The position numbers and the translations under genes were made by a program. Below are positions 7,615-17,135 of a stretch of DNA of 25,553 bases, piece after piece (the stretch's first letter is position 1; every line of letters begins with the position of its first letter). The notes under the pieces are model-generated. The model saw only the letters and a list, made by a program, of their open reading frames with translations, ran no database searches and was not told the DNA's origin. Source of the stretch: a virus (Duplodnaviria > Caudoviricetes); IMG/VR virus record IMGVR_UViG_3300033514_000010, positions 1-25,553 of that record; one strand, written 5' to 3'.

Positions 7615-8175
7615 ATGGCTTTAACAATGAATCAATTTGAAATGGCGACACTCAAGGGCACCCTTGAATCGGGCAGCGTTATTGAGTGTGAATTTTACTC
7701 GGCCAGTGCATCAGCCACAGTAATACCGGGCGAATTCGTTTGCCTAGGTAGCACGGTAGCACCTAACGTAACAAAGGTTATCAAAGGCACGGGCTTGACC
7801 AGTGCATACTTCGGGGTAGTGCTTACCAATCCTCTTAAAGATTCCTACGCCGTAGGTGAAAAACTTCAGGTAGCTATTCTCGGCTCTATCGTGCTCGTCG
7901 AGGCAAGTGCTGCGATCACCGCTGGTGCTTCCTTGCAGTATGCATATGACACTTTCAAAGTGGCCACTCAGACAGACAGCAACACCATCGTTGGTATTGC
8001 TCTTGAGAACGCTTCAGCCGACACCAGCTTGCTTCGTGCTTTCATCTACAGGGCAGCAATTAGCGGCGCAACGGGTGCCGTTGGTGCTACTGGTGCTGGT
8101 GCTACTGGTGCTACTGGTGCCGATGGTGCAACAGGTGCCACCGGACCTACTGGCCCGACCGGACCTACAGCTTAA
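7615..8175 (+). CDS. Capsid cement/decoration protein with C-terminal Gly-X-Thr collagen-like tail
   Basis: Lies between protease and capsid genes; beta-rich (VEASAAITAG, IVGIALENA); ends [36 protein letters not shown]. Confidence 0.75.
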   Translation: MALTMNQFEMATLKGTLESGSVIECEFYSASASATVIPGEFVCLGSTVAPNVTKVIKGTGLTSAYFGVVLTNPLKDSYAVGEKLQVAILGSIVLVEASAAITAGASLQYAYDTFKVATQTDSNTIVGIALENASADTSLLRAFIYRAAISGATGAVGATGAGATGATGADGATGATGPTGPTGPTA

Positions 8176-8187
8176 TTATTTAAAATT

Positions 8188-8214
8188 AGTCCGGTCAATT
8201 GACCGGATTTTCTT
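8188..8214 (+). terminator. Hairpin/perfect palindrome followed by a T-rich run between cement and capsid genes
   Basis: TCCGGTCAATTGACCGGA (8190-8207) is a perfect 18-bp palindrome, followed by TTTTCTT. Confidence 0.5.
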
Positions 8215-8237
8215 GAACACTATGGAGAGATAAAAAT

Positions 8238-9215
8238 ATGAAAAATCCACTACAATTTTTCGACCCCGCTACTGGCGAGATCATGAAAAACTCGCTGGGC
8301 TACTCGCAAATTATAAGCACGCTTACGGCAGTAGGTCGTCGCGTGTCTGAGCAGAAATTTTACACCTTAGCACCGGCTGACTTCGTTCCGATCGTAATGG
8401 GCAACGGAGCCTACAAACGCAGCATTATAAACTGGCGTACTTACGTCAAGGGCGAAGGCTTCGCATCCGGTATCATCAGCAACGCCTCGAACGATGCTCG
8501 TCTAGCATCCACCGATTCGGCATACGATATGGTATCTCAAAATATCATCAACTGGGCCAAATCGATTCGCTACAACCTGTTCGAGCTACAAGAGGCCTTG
8601 ACTTCGGGCTCTATCTTTTCTCTAGTGGAGAGTCGGGAATTAGCACGCCGTAAAGAGTGGGATTTGGGCATCCAAAAATTGGCGTTCTTAGGCATCGGCT
8701 CCGAGACCGGACTACTCAATAACGCTAGTGTGACCATCGATTCCTCGACCATCACACAACGTCTTAACACTATGACCGCTGCGCAATTCAACACATTCGT
8801 CGGTGCATTGTACACCGCTTATCGTGCCGAATGTAACTACACGGCCAAACCAACCCACTTCACAATTCCCGAGTCGGACTACAACTCGTTGGTTATGTGG
8901 CCCGATGCTACCTATCCTCTAAAAACCAAAATGGAATTGCTCGAGATGGCGTTCAAAACCATAACCGGCAATGCTAACTTTAAGATCCAAGCGTGTCAGT
9001 ATGCTGATAAAGCGAATTTTGGAACATACAACCGATATGCGCTTTACAACTACGACGAATCTAGCTTAAAAATGGACATCCCGATCGATTATACTCCTAC
9101 GAGTGTTGGTTCCGTTAATGGATTCACTTTCGAAAACGTAGCATACGGTGCTTTTACAGGTGTTCTGCCGATCAGACCTAAAGAGATGCTGTATTTTGCG
9201 AACACCGCAGCTTAA
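8238..9215 (+). CDS. Major capsid protein (DUF2184-like, HK97 fold)
   Basis: 325 aa; YNLFELQEA, AFLG....GLLN, P.HFTIP and TGVLPIRPKEMLYF patterns; GGAG RBS; synteny. Confidence 0.85.
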   Translation: MKNPLQFFDPATGEIMKNSLGYSQIISTLTAVGRRVSEQKFYTLAPADFVPIVMGNGAYKRSIINWRTYVKGEGFASGIISNASNDARLASTDSAYDMVSQNIINWAKSIRYNLFELQEALTSGSIFSLVESRELARRKEWDLGIQKLAFLGIGSETGLLNNASVTIDSSTITQRLNTMTAAQFNTFVGALYTAYRAECNYTAKPTHFTIPESDYNSLVMWPDATYPLKTKMELLEMAFKTITGNANFKIQACQYADKANFGTYNRYALYNYDESSLKMDIPIDYTPTSVGSVNGFTFENVAYGAFTGVLPIRPKEMLYFANTAA

Positions 9216-9231
9216 TTAAGAGAGAAGTTTA

Positions 9232-9423
9232 ATGTCTAAGAAACAAGAATTATCGACCAGCCATAGCGTTCCTGCTATGGTTCGGTTGATCTCGAAAAGA
9301 CCGGGCGATATCATCATTAAGTCAGGCAAAAGATTTGAGTGTGATAAATGCGTTTTGGTTACTGAAGATGAGGCCATCGAGCTCGAACAAATCGCTGGCG
9401 AATTCGTTAAACGAGTAGACTAG
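9232..9423 (+). CDS. Small hypothetical protein after the capsid gene
   Basis: 63 aa, fills the gap in the operon, GAGAG upstream. Confidence 0.65.
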   Translation: MSKKQELSTSHSVPAMVRLISKRPGDIIIKSGKRFECDKCVLVTEDEAIELEQIAGEFVKRVD

Positions 9424-9433
9424 GAATATCGGA

Positions 9434-9904
9434 ATGATCACAGTTTCAGACATCACTGTGGATGATTTCAAATCGTGGTTTTCCCGTGACTTCCGATATG
9501 CTACTCCGGTCGGTTTAACCGGACCTAGTGCCACGGCAGTATGTTCGGACGTCACCGACAATGATCTCGATAAGGCATTTATCGAGGCCGACATGAATTT
9601 TAACGAGTCGCTGTTCGGTGAGGACAATGCGCTTAAAACGTGCTTTCTCTACCTAGCAGCTCACTACCTATGCAACGACCTACAGACGGCCACGGACGGC
9701 ATTAATAGCACTGGATACTATCCGGTATCCTCTCGCTCTGTAGGCTCTGTATCGGAGTCATACGCTATTCCTGAGTGGATGACTAAAGATCCTAATCTCG
9801 GTGCTTTTATGACCACTCGCTACGGCCAAAAATATCTCTCACTCATCAAGCCTCTTCTTATTGGCAACGTACAGGTTTACACTGGTAATACAACATACAG
9901 GTGA
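9434..9904 (+). CDS. Head-tail connector (DUF4054-like)
   Basis: LYLAAHYL, VSSRSVGSVSESY and TRYGQKY motifs. Confidence 0.85.
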   Translation: MITVSDITVDDFKSWFSRDFRYATPVGLTGPSATAVCSDVTDNDLDKAFIEADMNFNESLFGEDNALKTCFLYLAAHYLCNDLQTATDGINSTGYYPVSSRSVGSVSESYAIPEWMTKDPNLGAFMTTRYGQKYLSLIKPLLIGNVQVYTGNTTYR

Positions 9905-9907
9905 CCT

Positions 9908-10492
9908 ATGTCGGTAAAATTCACTTACGATAAAAGAGCACTAGATAACATCGTGTCGTTTATGAATTCTACACCGATTGTTAAAATAGGCATTTTGTCG
10001 GATGAATACAGGCAGCATCCGAGTAAAGAGTGGAAGAACGGTAAATGGGTTCCATGGGGACGCAAAAGTGGACCAGTGCGAATAGGCGCTATCCATGAAT
10101 TCGGTGCCACGATTCCTAATCCTGATGGCCCGGGCACGATCAAGATTCCAGAGAGATCATTTTTGAGATCTACGATGGTCAATCGTAAAGCTGATTTTCA
10201 GGCATCTGTCAGTCAAAACGGCAATAGAATAATGAATACGATTGCTAAAGGAAAATATCTCGAAGTTTTAGGCAAATTTGGAGCTCAGTGGAAGAACTAT
10301 ATCCTCGAGACTTTTGCCATGCAGGGCCCGGGCTGGCAGCCGTTGTCAGACATCACACTAGGTAAGAGACGACACGTTTTGAGTAAGAAAGAGAAAAAAT
10401 CGAATCCTGATGCCGTGGCTCGACCATCGACTAAAATATTGTGGGTGACAGGTGCATTGGCTAGATCAATTTGGTTCGAGGTCCGAGGATGA
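9908..10492 (+). CDS. Neck/virion morphogenesis protein
   Basis: VKIGIL, AIHEFGA, IPERSFLRST, W.PLS..T and L..TG.L.RSI motifs. Confidence 0.75.
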   Translation: MSVKFTYDKRALDNIVSFMNSTPIVKIGILSDEYRQHPSKEWKNGKWVPWGRKSGPVRIGAIHEFGATIPNPDGPGTIKIPERSFLRSTMVNRKADFQASVSQNGNRIMNTIAKGKYLEVLGKFGAQWKNYILETFAMQGPGWQPLSDITLGKRRHVLSKKEKKSNPDAVARPSTKILWVTGALARSIWFEVRG

Positions 10493-10833
10493 TAAAATTT
10501 CCTAACATGCGGTCGGCAGTTATGGCGTGGGCTGTTCCTACCACTGTATTCGTCTCAGCAAAAAGACAAGTGGATTTTAAGACGGTCGAATCGTACTTCG
10601 AAAAGACGGTAAATATGTTTCGTGTGCCTACTGGTCAGCAATTAGAGATGAAGCACGAAGGACAACGTAGGTGGAACACAGAGACGATCTACGCAGATAA
10701 TCAGCTAGATTTACGTGTAGATGATATCATCATTTTTGATTGTGCCGATGGTCAAAAATTCCGAGTGATGAATAAGACCGACTGGAATCAATTTGGTTAT
10801 GTTGAATATCATGTCACTAGTGACTACAGGTAA
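10489..10833 (+). CDS. Putative head closure/stopper protein
   Basis: Start moved to ATG 10489 (ATGA overlap, GAGG upstream); EGQRRW, FRVM..TDW..FGY; synteny. Confidence 0.65.
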   Translation: MIKFPNMRSAVMAWAVPTTVFVSAKRQVDFKTVESYFEKTVNMFRVPTGQQLEMKHEGQRRWNTETIYADNQLDLRVDDIIIFDCADGQKFRVMNKTDWNQFGYVEYHVTSDYR

Positions 10834-10838
10834 GATTA

Positions 10839-11342
10839 ATGCGTCTCACGACTCAAATAATTTGCGATATTATCCAAAACGGAATGTTATTAACATCTGA
10901 TCAAATTTGGATATCTAACCAGAGACGGTCAATTCCCGAGGATAAGCGTTTATATATAACTGTCGGTATCATGTCCTTGAAACCTTACGGCAACAATAAC
11001 AGGCCTACATCTACGACCGATGGCATGTCGGATATATCAGCACAGTATATGCAGGAGACGACTCAAATAGATTTGATGTCATATACTACGGAATGTTTAG
11101 AACGATATAGTGAAGTGATGGCAGCGTTAGTATCATCTTACTCTCAGGAGATGCAGACAATCTACGGATTAAAAATTGCCAATGTTCCGATATCGATAAA
11201 CGAATTGTCGGGAATCGAAGGTGCTACTATGCTAAATAGGATAGCAATTACTTTGCCTGTTCTTAGAAAATACGATAACATTATCTCTGGAACTAAATAC
11301 TATGATGATTTTACTGATCCTGAGATAAAAACAGAAACATAG
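10839..11342 (+). CDS. Putative tail terminator/neck protein
   Basis: Immediately upstream of the sheath; 167 aa; assigned mainly by synteny. Confidence 0.6.
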   Translation: MRLTTQIICDIIQNGMLLTSDQIWISNQRRSIPEDKRLYITVGIMSLKPYGNNNRPTSTTDGMSDISAQYMQETTQIDLMSYTTECLERYSEVMAALVSSYSQEMQTIYGLKIANVPISINELSGIEGATMLNRIAITLPVLRKYDNIISGTKYYDDFTDPEIKTET

Positions 11343-11354
11343 GGGATCTACTCA

Positions 11355-12518
11355 ATGACAATGATCGACATCACCAACGTAGTTAATATCAGCGTGATCG
11401 TTCCGCCTGCCGGACTCGCGCCCTATAGTGTAAACAATTTGGTGTGTTTCACTAAAGAGACACCTACCGTTGCTCTCTCAGGATCGTATGCGGTATATGC
11501 TTCGCCATCGGACGTGACCGCCAATTTTTCTAACACTGGAGAGACCTACGCTGCCGCATTGGCCGTTTTCGCACAGTCGCCTAACATTTTGACGGGCGGT
11601 GGTTTTTTCATCGTAATTCCGATGTTGACCGACGAAGTACTAGAGCAGGCTATTACGAGAGCATCGACTCTGATTTACTTCGGTGGATGCTCGGCAACAT
11701 ACACTCTTGGCGTCACAGGACCAACGGGTTACACCGGAGCGACCGGAGATAACCTTGAGGCATCTCGATCTGCAACGGTGGCTCAATCTCTCGGAAAAAT
11801 GCTTTTCCTAGCATCCGACACCGATGCCGATTTGGCATCACCTAGTGGTTTTTTCTACACGATCAAATCGGCAGCACAAAAGTATGTCCGATGCCTGTTC
11901 CATAAAGATCCGCTGATGTTGTCTCCTCTAAAATGGTCATATGCTGGTCGAGGCATGAGCACTAACTTTAGCGGCAGCAATACGACGATGAGCATGAATT
12001 TAAAACAACTGTCCGGTGTGACGGCAGATGAGACCATCAGCCAGACATTAGTGACCGCTGCAAAAGCTGCCGGTGTTGACGTTTATCCGAACATTGCAGG
12101 CAACTCCTGTACGTTGTCACACGGTGCCAATGAATTCTACGACGATGTCTACAACCTGAAGTGGTTAATAGGTGCTCTTGAAGTCGCTGGATTCAACCAT
12201 CTGTATCAGTCAGGCACTAAGGTTCCTCAGACAGAGCCCGGCATGTCTGGTCTCAAGAGCGCATATACATCAGTATGCGGTCAAGCGGTATCGAACGGAT
12301 TTATTGCACCGGGTGAGTGGACCGGAGCCGATACTTTTGGAGATCCTGAGAGTTTTCGACGCAACATAAAAGACTATGGCTATTATGTTTACAGTGCTCC
12401 AATAGCACTACAATCGTCGGCTGATAGAGCATTGAGAAAAGCACCATTGATCCAAATTGCTTTTAAATTTGCCGGTGCAATTCATTCAACATCGGTTATC
12501 GTATCAGTTAATAAATAA
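11355..12518 (+). CDS. Tail sheath protein (DUF3383-like)
   Basis: IDITNVVNISV start, LKQLSGV, KVPQTEPG, NGFIAPG.W, GYYVY, R..RKAP and AGAIH motifs. Confidence 0.9.
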   Translation: MTMIDITNVVNISVIVPPAGLAPYSVNNLVCFTKETPTVALSGSYAVYASPSDVTANFSNTGETYAAALAVFAQSPNILTGGGFFIVIPMLTDEVLEQAITRASTLIYFGGCSATYTLGVTGPTGYTGATGDNLEASRSATVAQSLGKMLFLASDTDADLASPSGFFYTIKSAAQKYVRCLFHKDPLMLSPLKWSYAGRGMSTNFSGSNTTMSMNLKQLSGVTADETISQTLVTAAKAAGVDVYPNIAGNSCTLSHGANEFYDDVYNLKWLIGALEVAGFNHLYQSGTKVPQTEPGMSGLKSAYTSVCGQAVSNGFIAPGEWTGADTFGDPESFRRNIKDYGYYVYSAPIALQSSADRALRKAPLIQIAFKFAGAIHSTSVIVSVNK

Positions 12519-12539
12519 TCTTAGTAAGAGGACATAAAC

Positions 12540-13007
12540 ATGGCTAATTTTCTTTCTTTATATGGTACGGATACCGTTTATATCAATAAAGTATTGCTGA
12601 CATCGTTTTCTACGGGTGAAGTCGCTAAATTGACTTTTCCGACCGAAATCGGAACGGTTAAATCCGGTAAAGACGGCAACTCTATTTTCGTCAAAAATGA
12701 GTCAGGCAATCAAGCCACACTTGAAGTCAAGGTTCTTCGCGGCTCGGTTGACGATAAGGCATTAAATTCGATTGTGGTATCATACAAAAGCAATCCGACT
12801 TTATTTGTCTTAGTTAGTGCTAGCATCGTTAAGTTTATCGGAAGCGGAACAGGAGTCGCAACTAGTACGATATCCGATACCTATACAATGTCGAATGGAA
12901 TACCTACAAAACAAGTCGAGGCCGTTGTAAACTATGAAGGTGATACCGAGCAGGCTCTAGCAGTTTACACATTTACATTCTCAAGTTGTGAAAGGTCGGT
13001 AGTGTGA
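12540..13007 (+). CDS. Tail tube protein
   Basis: Follows the sheath; 155 aa; beta-rich with GKDGN and S.DDKALN; GAGG RBS. Confidence 0.8.
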   Translation: MANFLSLYGTDTVYINKVLLTSFSTGEVAKLTFPTEIGTVKSGKDGNSIFVKNESGNQATLEVKVLRGSVDDKALNSIVVSYKSNPTLFVLVSASIVKFIGSGTGVATSTISDTYTMSNGIPTKQVEAVVNYEGDTEQALAVYTFTFSSCERSVV

Positions 13008-13390
13008 TAGATAAGATTGATTTACCATCGGGTGCTAAATTGTATGTAGGCCTACTGTCCTTCGATGAGGCATGGTCAGTAGTGCAGACCATCACACGGG
13101 TTCTCGAAAAAATTAATATTGATCTAACTAAAGTAGATCTAGCGAACATAGGTGCCGAGGATATTTTAAATCTGAAGTCGCCTCTCTGTTCGATATTATC
13201 GTCTGAGGATATAATTGTAGCGGCTAAGGCTTGTTTTAAAAGATGTACTTATAACGATAAGAAGATAGATGGTTCGACATTCGACAGTAAGGAATCTAGA
13301 GGAGATTTCTTAGCTGTCGTTTTTCACGCCATTAAAGAGAATGTATCCCCTTTTTTCGCAAGTCTTTCTTCAGTTTTAGGAACGAAATAA
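13004..13390 (+). CDS. Tail assembly chaperone (gpG-like)
   Basis: Between tube and tape measure; GTGA overlap start; ends ...ENVSPFF over a slippery run. Confidence 0.8.
   Translation: MIDKIDLPSGAKLYVGLLSFDEAWSVVQTITRVLEKINIDLTKVDLANIGAEDILNLKSPLCSILSSEDIIVAAKACFKRCTYNDKKIDGSTFDSKESRGDFLAVVFHAIKENVSPFFASLSSVLGTK
13348..13357 (+). promoter_or_regulatory. Programmed -1 ribosomal frameshift site (C CCT TTT / T TTT TTC)
   Basis: In-frame X XXY YYZ heptamers near the chaperone 3' end; the -1 frame is open to 13602. Confidence 0.8.
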
Positions 13391-13602
13391 AAGAATTCTC
13401 CGACCGTGAGAATCCTAAAACTGATATATCAATGCCGTACAATTTATGGGTTATAATGGAGCTATCGTCGAATGGTTATGGTAGTCCGGAGACGTTGATT
13501 AACGAGAGATCGGATTTAATAATTGCAGCTTATGATTACCTTAAATTTAAGAACAAATATGAACATCAGAGTTATTTGATAAGGGACAGAAAATGCAGTT
13601 AG
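13351..13602 (+). CDS. Frameshift extension of the tail chaperone (gpT-like; not in the ORF track)
   Basis: The -1 frame reads FFRKSFFSFRNEIKEFSDRENPKTDISMPYNLWVIMELSSNGYGSPETLINERSDLIIAAYDYLKFKNKYEHQSYLIRDRKCS*. It fills the 13391-13592 gap and overlaps the TMP start. Confidence 0.8.
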   Translation, partial: FFRKSFFSFRNEIKEFSDRENPKTDISMPYNLWVIMELSSNGYGSPETLINERSDLIIAAYDYLKFKNKYEHQSYLIRDRKCS

Positions 13603-15080
13603 GCGAGTTGATATTTAACCTAGGTTTTAAGACTACAGGAACGACCGAAGCGCAGGCATTTGGTAAGTCGCTAGCGGGCACGCACACGGTCGTCACGATA
13701 CTATCTACGGCTATGGAGCGTCTCATCTATTTAGTTGAAGAGATAGCTATCAAAATGGATGCGGTGACTAGATCGGGCCTAGATGCTAAGAAATCCGAGA
13801 AAATTGGTCAGGAAGATGACAACACAAAAGTTGAAGAGAAAAGCAACAAAATAAAAGAAAAGAAAATAAGCATCATAGGTGTCCTAAATAAGAAAATGAA
13901 AGAATATTGGGGCGTGACCAATGCTGCTAGACTTCAGATATTAGGCGCAGCTACGGCCATCACATTTCTGGTCAAAAAGAGCGCAGAGGCCGCTGTGCAT
14001 ATCGATAAACTATCATCGGTCACTGGACTATCTACGAACACGCTCGCGCACCTAGGTGATATGGCAGCGCAGACCGGCAGTAGTGTAGACGACATTGCTG
14101 GCGCGGTATCTAATTTTCAAAAGCAATCGATCGACATTAGTCTAGGTCGAGGCGGTAATATCGGAGCATACAACCTACTCGGATTGAATCCACACGAAGA
14201 TCCGATCAAGCTATTGGACCAGATTGGCAAAAAATTAAAGACACTACCGGCAGCATATGGAGCCAATTTGGCGAGAGACCTAGGCCTATCCGATGATCTT
14301 ATCTACATGTTGAAAAACACTGGCAGCATAAAGCCTGCTGATCCTGAGACGTTTTTAACTGAGTCAGAGAATAAACGACTGAAGGAATTCTACTTTTATT
14401 TTAATCGAGTATTTGAGCAGGGCAAGCGTGTCCTTCAAAAATTCGCAGCGTTTTTAACTCCAGTAGCTACGATGATCGTCTACTATTTTGAACGAGTATC
14501 GTCGATGTCTGGTAAGGCTCTGAACGCTCTAGAGCCTCATCTAGAGAAGATGCAAAAATGGTTCAAACCACTGGCCTTGATGGGCACGGCATTATTCGTC
14601 GCATTTTTTCCGTTGACTGCCGCATTTTTAGCTCTGGCCTTGATATTCGAGGATATCGCATCGTGGGTGAATGGTGATCGAAGCGTATTTGGCAATATGC
14701 TAAAATACATAAACGATATAAACGGAGCTACAAAAGACCTGATACATTTATACATTCAACTCCGTAAGTTTTTCACTCTAGGCGACTATGATGAATATTA
14801 CGATCAATTAGAAAAGGACATGCTATCAGGAGCATCGAGTTTTGCAGAAAAATATAAGAATATTAAAAATGGTCCTATGTCTCCGGCATTATCCGGAGTC
14901 ATGAATTACCAGAATAATATGGAGAACGAGGCTAAGGGAAACAGACAAGTCATTTTTAATGTCGCTGGCAATTTGGATCAAAAAGCGGTTGACGATGCTC
15001 TAAAACGTATTGAGAATTCATTCGAGCCTGTTAGAGTCGGAGAGGGCAAGAAAGCATATACCAATAGGGGAGTACAATAA
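13593..15080 (+). CDS. Tape measure protein
   Basis: MQLGELIFNLGFK start, helical Ala/Leu-rich sequence, hydrophobic segment LALMGTALFVAFFPLTAAFLALALIFEDI, W.NG.RS.FG; follows the chaperone. Confidence 0.85.
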   Translation: MQLGELIFNLGFKTTGTTEAQAFGKSLAGTHTVVTILSTAMERLIYLVEEIAIKMDAVTRSGLDAKKSEKIGQEDDNTKVEEKSNKIKEKKISIIGVLNKKMKEYWGVTNAARLQILGAATAITFLVKKSAEAAVHIDKLSSVTGLSTNTLAHLGDMAAQTGSSVDDIAGAVSNFQKQSIDISLGRGGNIGAYNLLGLNPHEDPIKLLDQIGKKLKTLPAAYGANLARDLGLSDDLIYMLKNTGSIKPADPETFLTESENKRLKEFYFYFNRVFEQGKRVLQKFAAFLTPVATMIVYYFERVSSMSGKALNALEPHLEKMQKWFKPLALMGTALFVAFFPLTAAFLALALIFEDIASWVNGDRSVFGNMLKYINDINGATKDLIHLYIQLRKFFTLGDYDEYYDQLEKDMLSGASSFAEKYKNIKNGPMSPALSGVMNYQNNMENEAKGNRQVIFNVAGNLDQKAVDDALKRIENSFEPVRVGEGKKAYTNRGVQ

Positions 15081-15865
15081 TGGGTTTAATAATGGCGCTC
15101 TCTGGTATAGATATGGCTCGTTTTGGCTTATCGTCGCTAGCTCTGATACCTGAAGGCCTAGCGATGATAACATCACAATACAATCGTTTTTTTGATAAGA
15201 ATTACAAGCCGGGTATCGAGGGCATAGTTTTCGATATGAAGATGACCGAAAACGCATCGTATAGCGCACAGGTGACCGACCACTATACCGAAGACAACTA
15301 CGCTATACAGGACCACATTGCGATTGAGCCGGTAAAATTGACACTCACGGGAAAAGTAGCCGAGTTAGTTTATAAAGTAGAGCCTGCCGTTGCTTTTGCG
15401 CAGGCCGTTATTGACCGTTTAACACCACTCGGCACCTATTCACCTACGCAAGCCTTACACGCCCAGCAGGCTATCGCTAACGTGCTTACAGCCCAATCTG
15501 TGATAACCGAGTCACTAAAGATCTATCAACGTGGTAAATCCTTATTTGGCGGTGAGCCTTACAAGAACAATCAACAGAGAGTTTTTCAACAATTTGAAGA
15601 TTTATTTTATGCGAGGACTCTGCTCAATGTGGAGACGCCATGGAGATCCTACAAAAACATGATCATCGAAAACTGGTCGGCAGATCAAGATGAGACGACG
15701 ACTCTCGAGACAACATTCTCGGTGAGTTTAAAACAGCTACGATTGGTCGGAGTGACGCAAAACACAGGACAATTGACCGGACGAATCGGAGAACAGAAAT
15801 CCGCTGTTATGGAGAAAGGCACACAATCTCCGAGTGATTCAGTTTTATACAAATTAACTAACTAG
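15080..15865 (+). CDS. Baseplate / tube-initiator (Dit-like) protein
   Basis: VTDHYTED..AIQDHIAIEP..LTL.G, V.TPW..Y.NMII and F.VSLKQLR motifs; follows the TMP. Confidence 0.75.
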   Translation: MGLIMALSGIDMARFGLSSLALIPEGLAMITSQYNRFFDKNYKPGIEGIVFDMKMTENASYSAQVTDHYTEDNYAIQDHIAIEPVKLTLTGKVAELVYKVEPAVAFAQAVIDRLTPLGTYSPTQALHAQQAIANVLTAQSVITESLKIYQRGKSLFGGEPYKNNQQRVFQQFEDLFYARTLLNVETPWRSYKNMIIENWSADQDETTTLETTFSVSLKQLRLVGVTQNTGQLTGRIGEQKSAVMEKGTQSPSDSVLYKLTN

Positions 15866-15874
15866 GTTATTTAG

Positions 15875-16213
15875 ATGAGAAAATTAACAGCATTGACATC
15901 AGAGCCAAAACAGCGTTTTTCTGTGACGATATCAGGTTATGATGCCGTGACGATTTATATAGAATATAAGCCATTACAGTATGGATGGTTTATGAATTTG
16001 ACGTGGGGAAATTTCGTTTTAAATAACGAACGAATATCGAATAGCTATAATTTATTGCGGCAATTTCAAGATTTGCTACCATTCGGAATCCATGTTTATA
16101 GTCCGGATAATATCGATCCTATATTCATTGACTCATGGATAAACGGAAGCGAGATTTATATGCTCGATTCGTCTGATTTTGTAGATGTCGAGGCACTATA
16201 TGCCAGAGTTTAA
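15875..16213 (+). CDS. Small baseplate protein
   Basis: P.Q.F, W.M.L and NLLRQF patterns; synteny between Dit-like and hub genes. Confidence 0.65.
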   Translation: MRKLTALTSEPKQRFSVTISGYDAVTIYIEYKPLQYGWFMNLTWGNFVLNNERISNSYNLLRQFQDLLPFGIHVYSPDNIDPIFIDSWINGSEIYMLDSSDFVDVEALYARV

Positions 16214-17135
16214 ATTTGGTAGATCATTTGTGTTGCGAACGGAGATGACGCCCGATGCGTTTGGAGAATCGTGGATAGAGATAAATTATCCATTTACATG
16301 TGAATTCTCCATACGACGAAACAATTTAGGCGAGCAGAATACGGCATCATTTGTTATTTATAATTTAAGCAAAGAGTATCGATCGAGGATTTATAAGGAC
16401 ATAAATAAACCTGAAGAGATAAAGGCCGTACAATTTTACGCAGGATATGCTGAAAAGAAAGGTGATATGTTGCCGTTATGTTTTAACGGTAATGTTAAAA
16501 AAGCCTATTCGCAACGGACCGGACCTGATGTCAGAACTATTATAGAGGCATTTGACGGTATCAATTCGATGGGCAGTGCTAACGTGAGTGTCACCATACC
16601 ACCCGGCACACCGTCATCCGAGCAAATTGCTGCGGTATCTAAAGCAATCTCTCCGATGACTAATATAACACTCGGCACAAAATTATCGGATGTAAACTCT
16701 CGCACGCTAGCGATAATGTCGCCATCTGCCGAGGCTCTAGCTCAAGTGTCAGGAGGCGCGTATTACGTCGATAATCAGGCCTTATATGTGCTAAATCATC
16801 TCGACTGCCTCGAGGGTGACGTCCGACTGATAGACTACAACAATGGTCTAATCGGAACACCGAAGGGCTCTGAGATAATGATCGAGCTCGACATGTTATT
16901 TGAGCCTAGAATTAAACCGTCTCAATGGATAGAATTACAGAGCTCTACTGAGAAACAATTCGACGGTGTCTATAAGGTCACTGGAATAGAGCATAAAGGC
17001 GTTATATCGGGCTCCGTATGCGGTGAATGTACTACCTCTCTGACTCTGATGAAGGTCAAGGATTTTGTGGTCGTCAAGGATGAAAACGCTACGGGATATT
17101 TAGCTATTTACCAACCGGAGATAATTAATGGTTGA
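16200..17135 (+). CDS. Baseplate hub protein
   Basis: Start set at ATG 16200 (GAGG upstream); NTASFVIYNLS, FYAGY, GLIGTP, PRIKP and GVYKV..I.H.G motifs. Confidence 0.8.
   Translation: MPEFKFGRSFVLRTEMTPDAFGESWIEINYPFTCEFSIRRNNLGEQNTASFVIYNLSKEYRSRIYKDINKPEEIKAVQFYAGYAEKKGDMLPLCFNGNVKKAYSQRTGPDVRTIIEAFDGINSMGSANVSVTIPPGTPSSEQIAAVSKAISPMTNITLGTKLSDVNSRTLAIMSPSAEALAQVSGGAYYVDNQALYVLNHLDCLEGDVRLIDYNNGLIGTPKGSEIMIELDMLFEPRIKPSQWIELQSSTEKQFDGVYKVTGIEHKGVISGSVCGECTTSLTLMKVKDFVVVKDENATGYLAIYQPEIING

Noticed and set aside
7907-8233. Overlapping +strand ORF running from inside the cement gene to just before the capsid gene, considered as a frameshift extension
   Set aside because: No slippery site or RBS found; the openness is explained by the GAT repeat.
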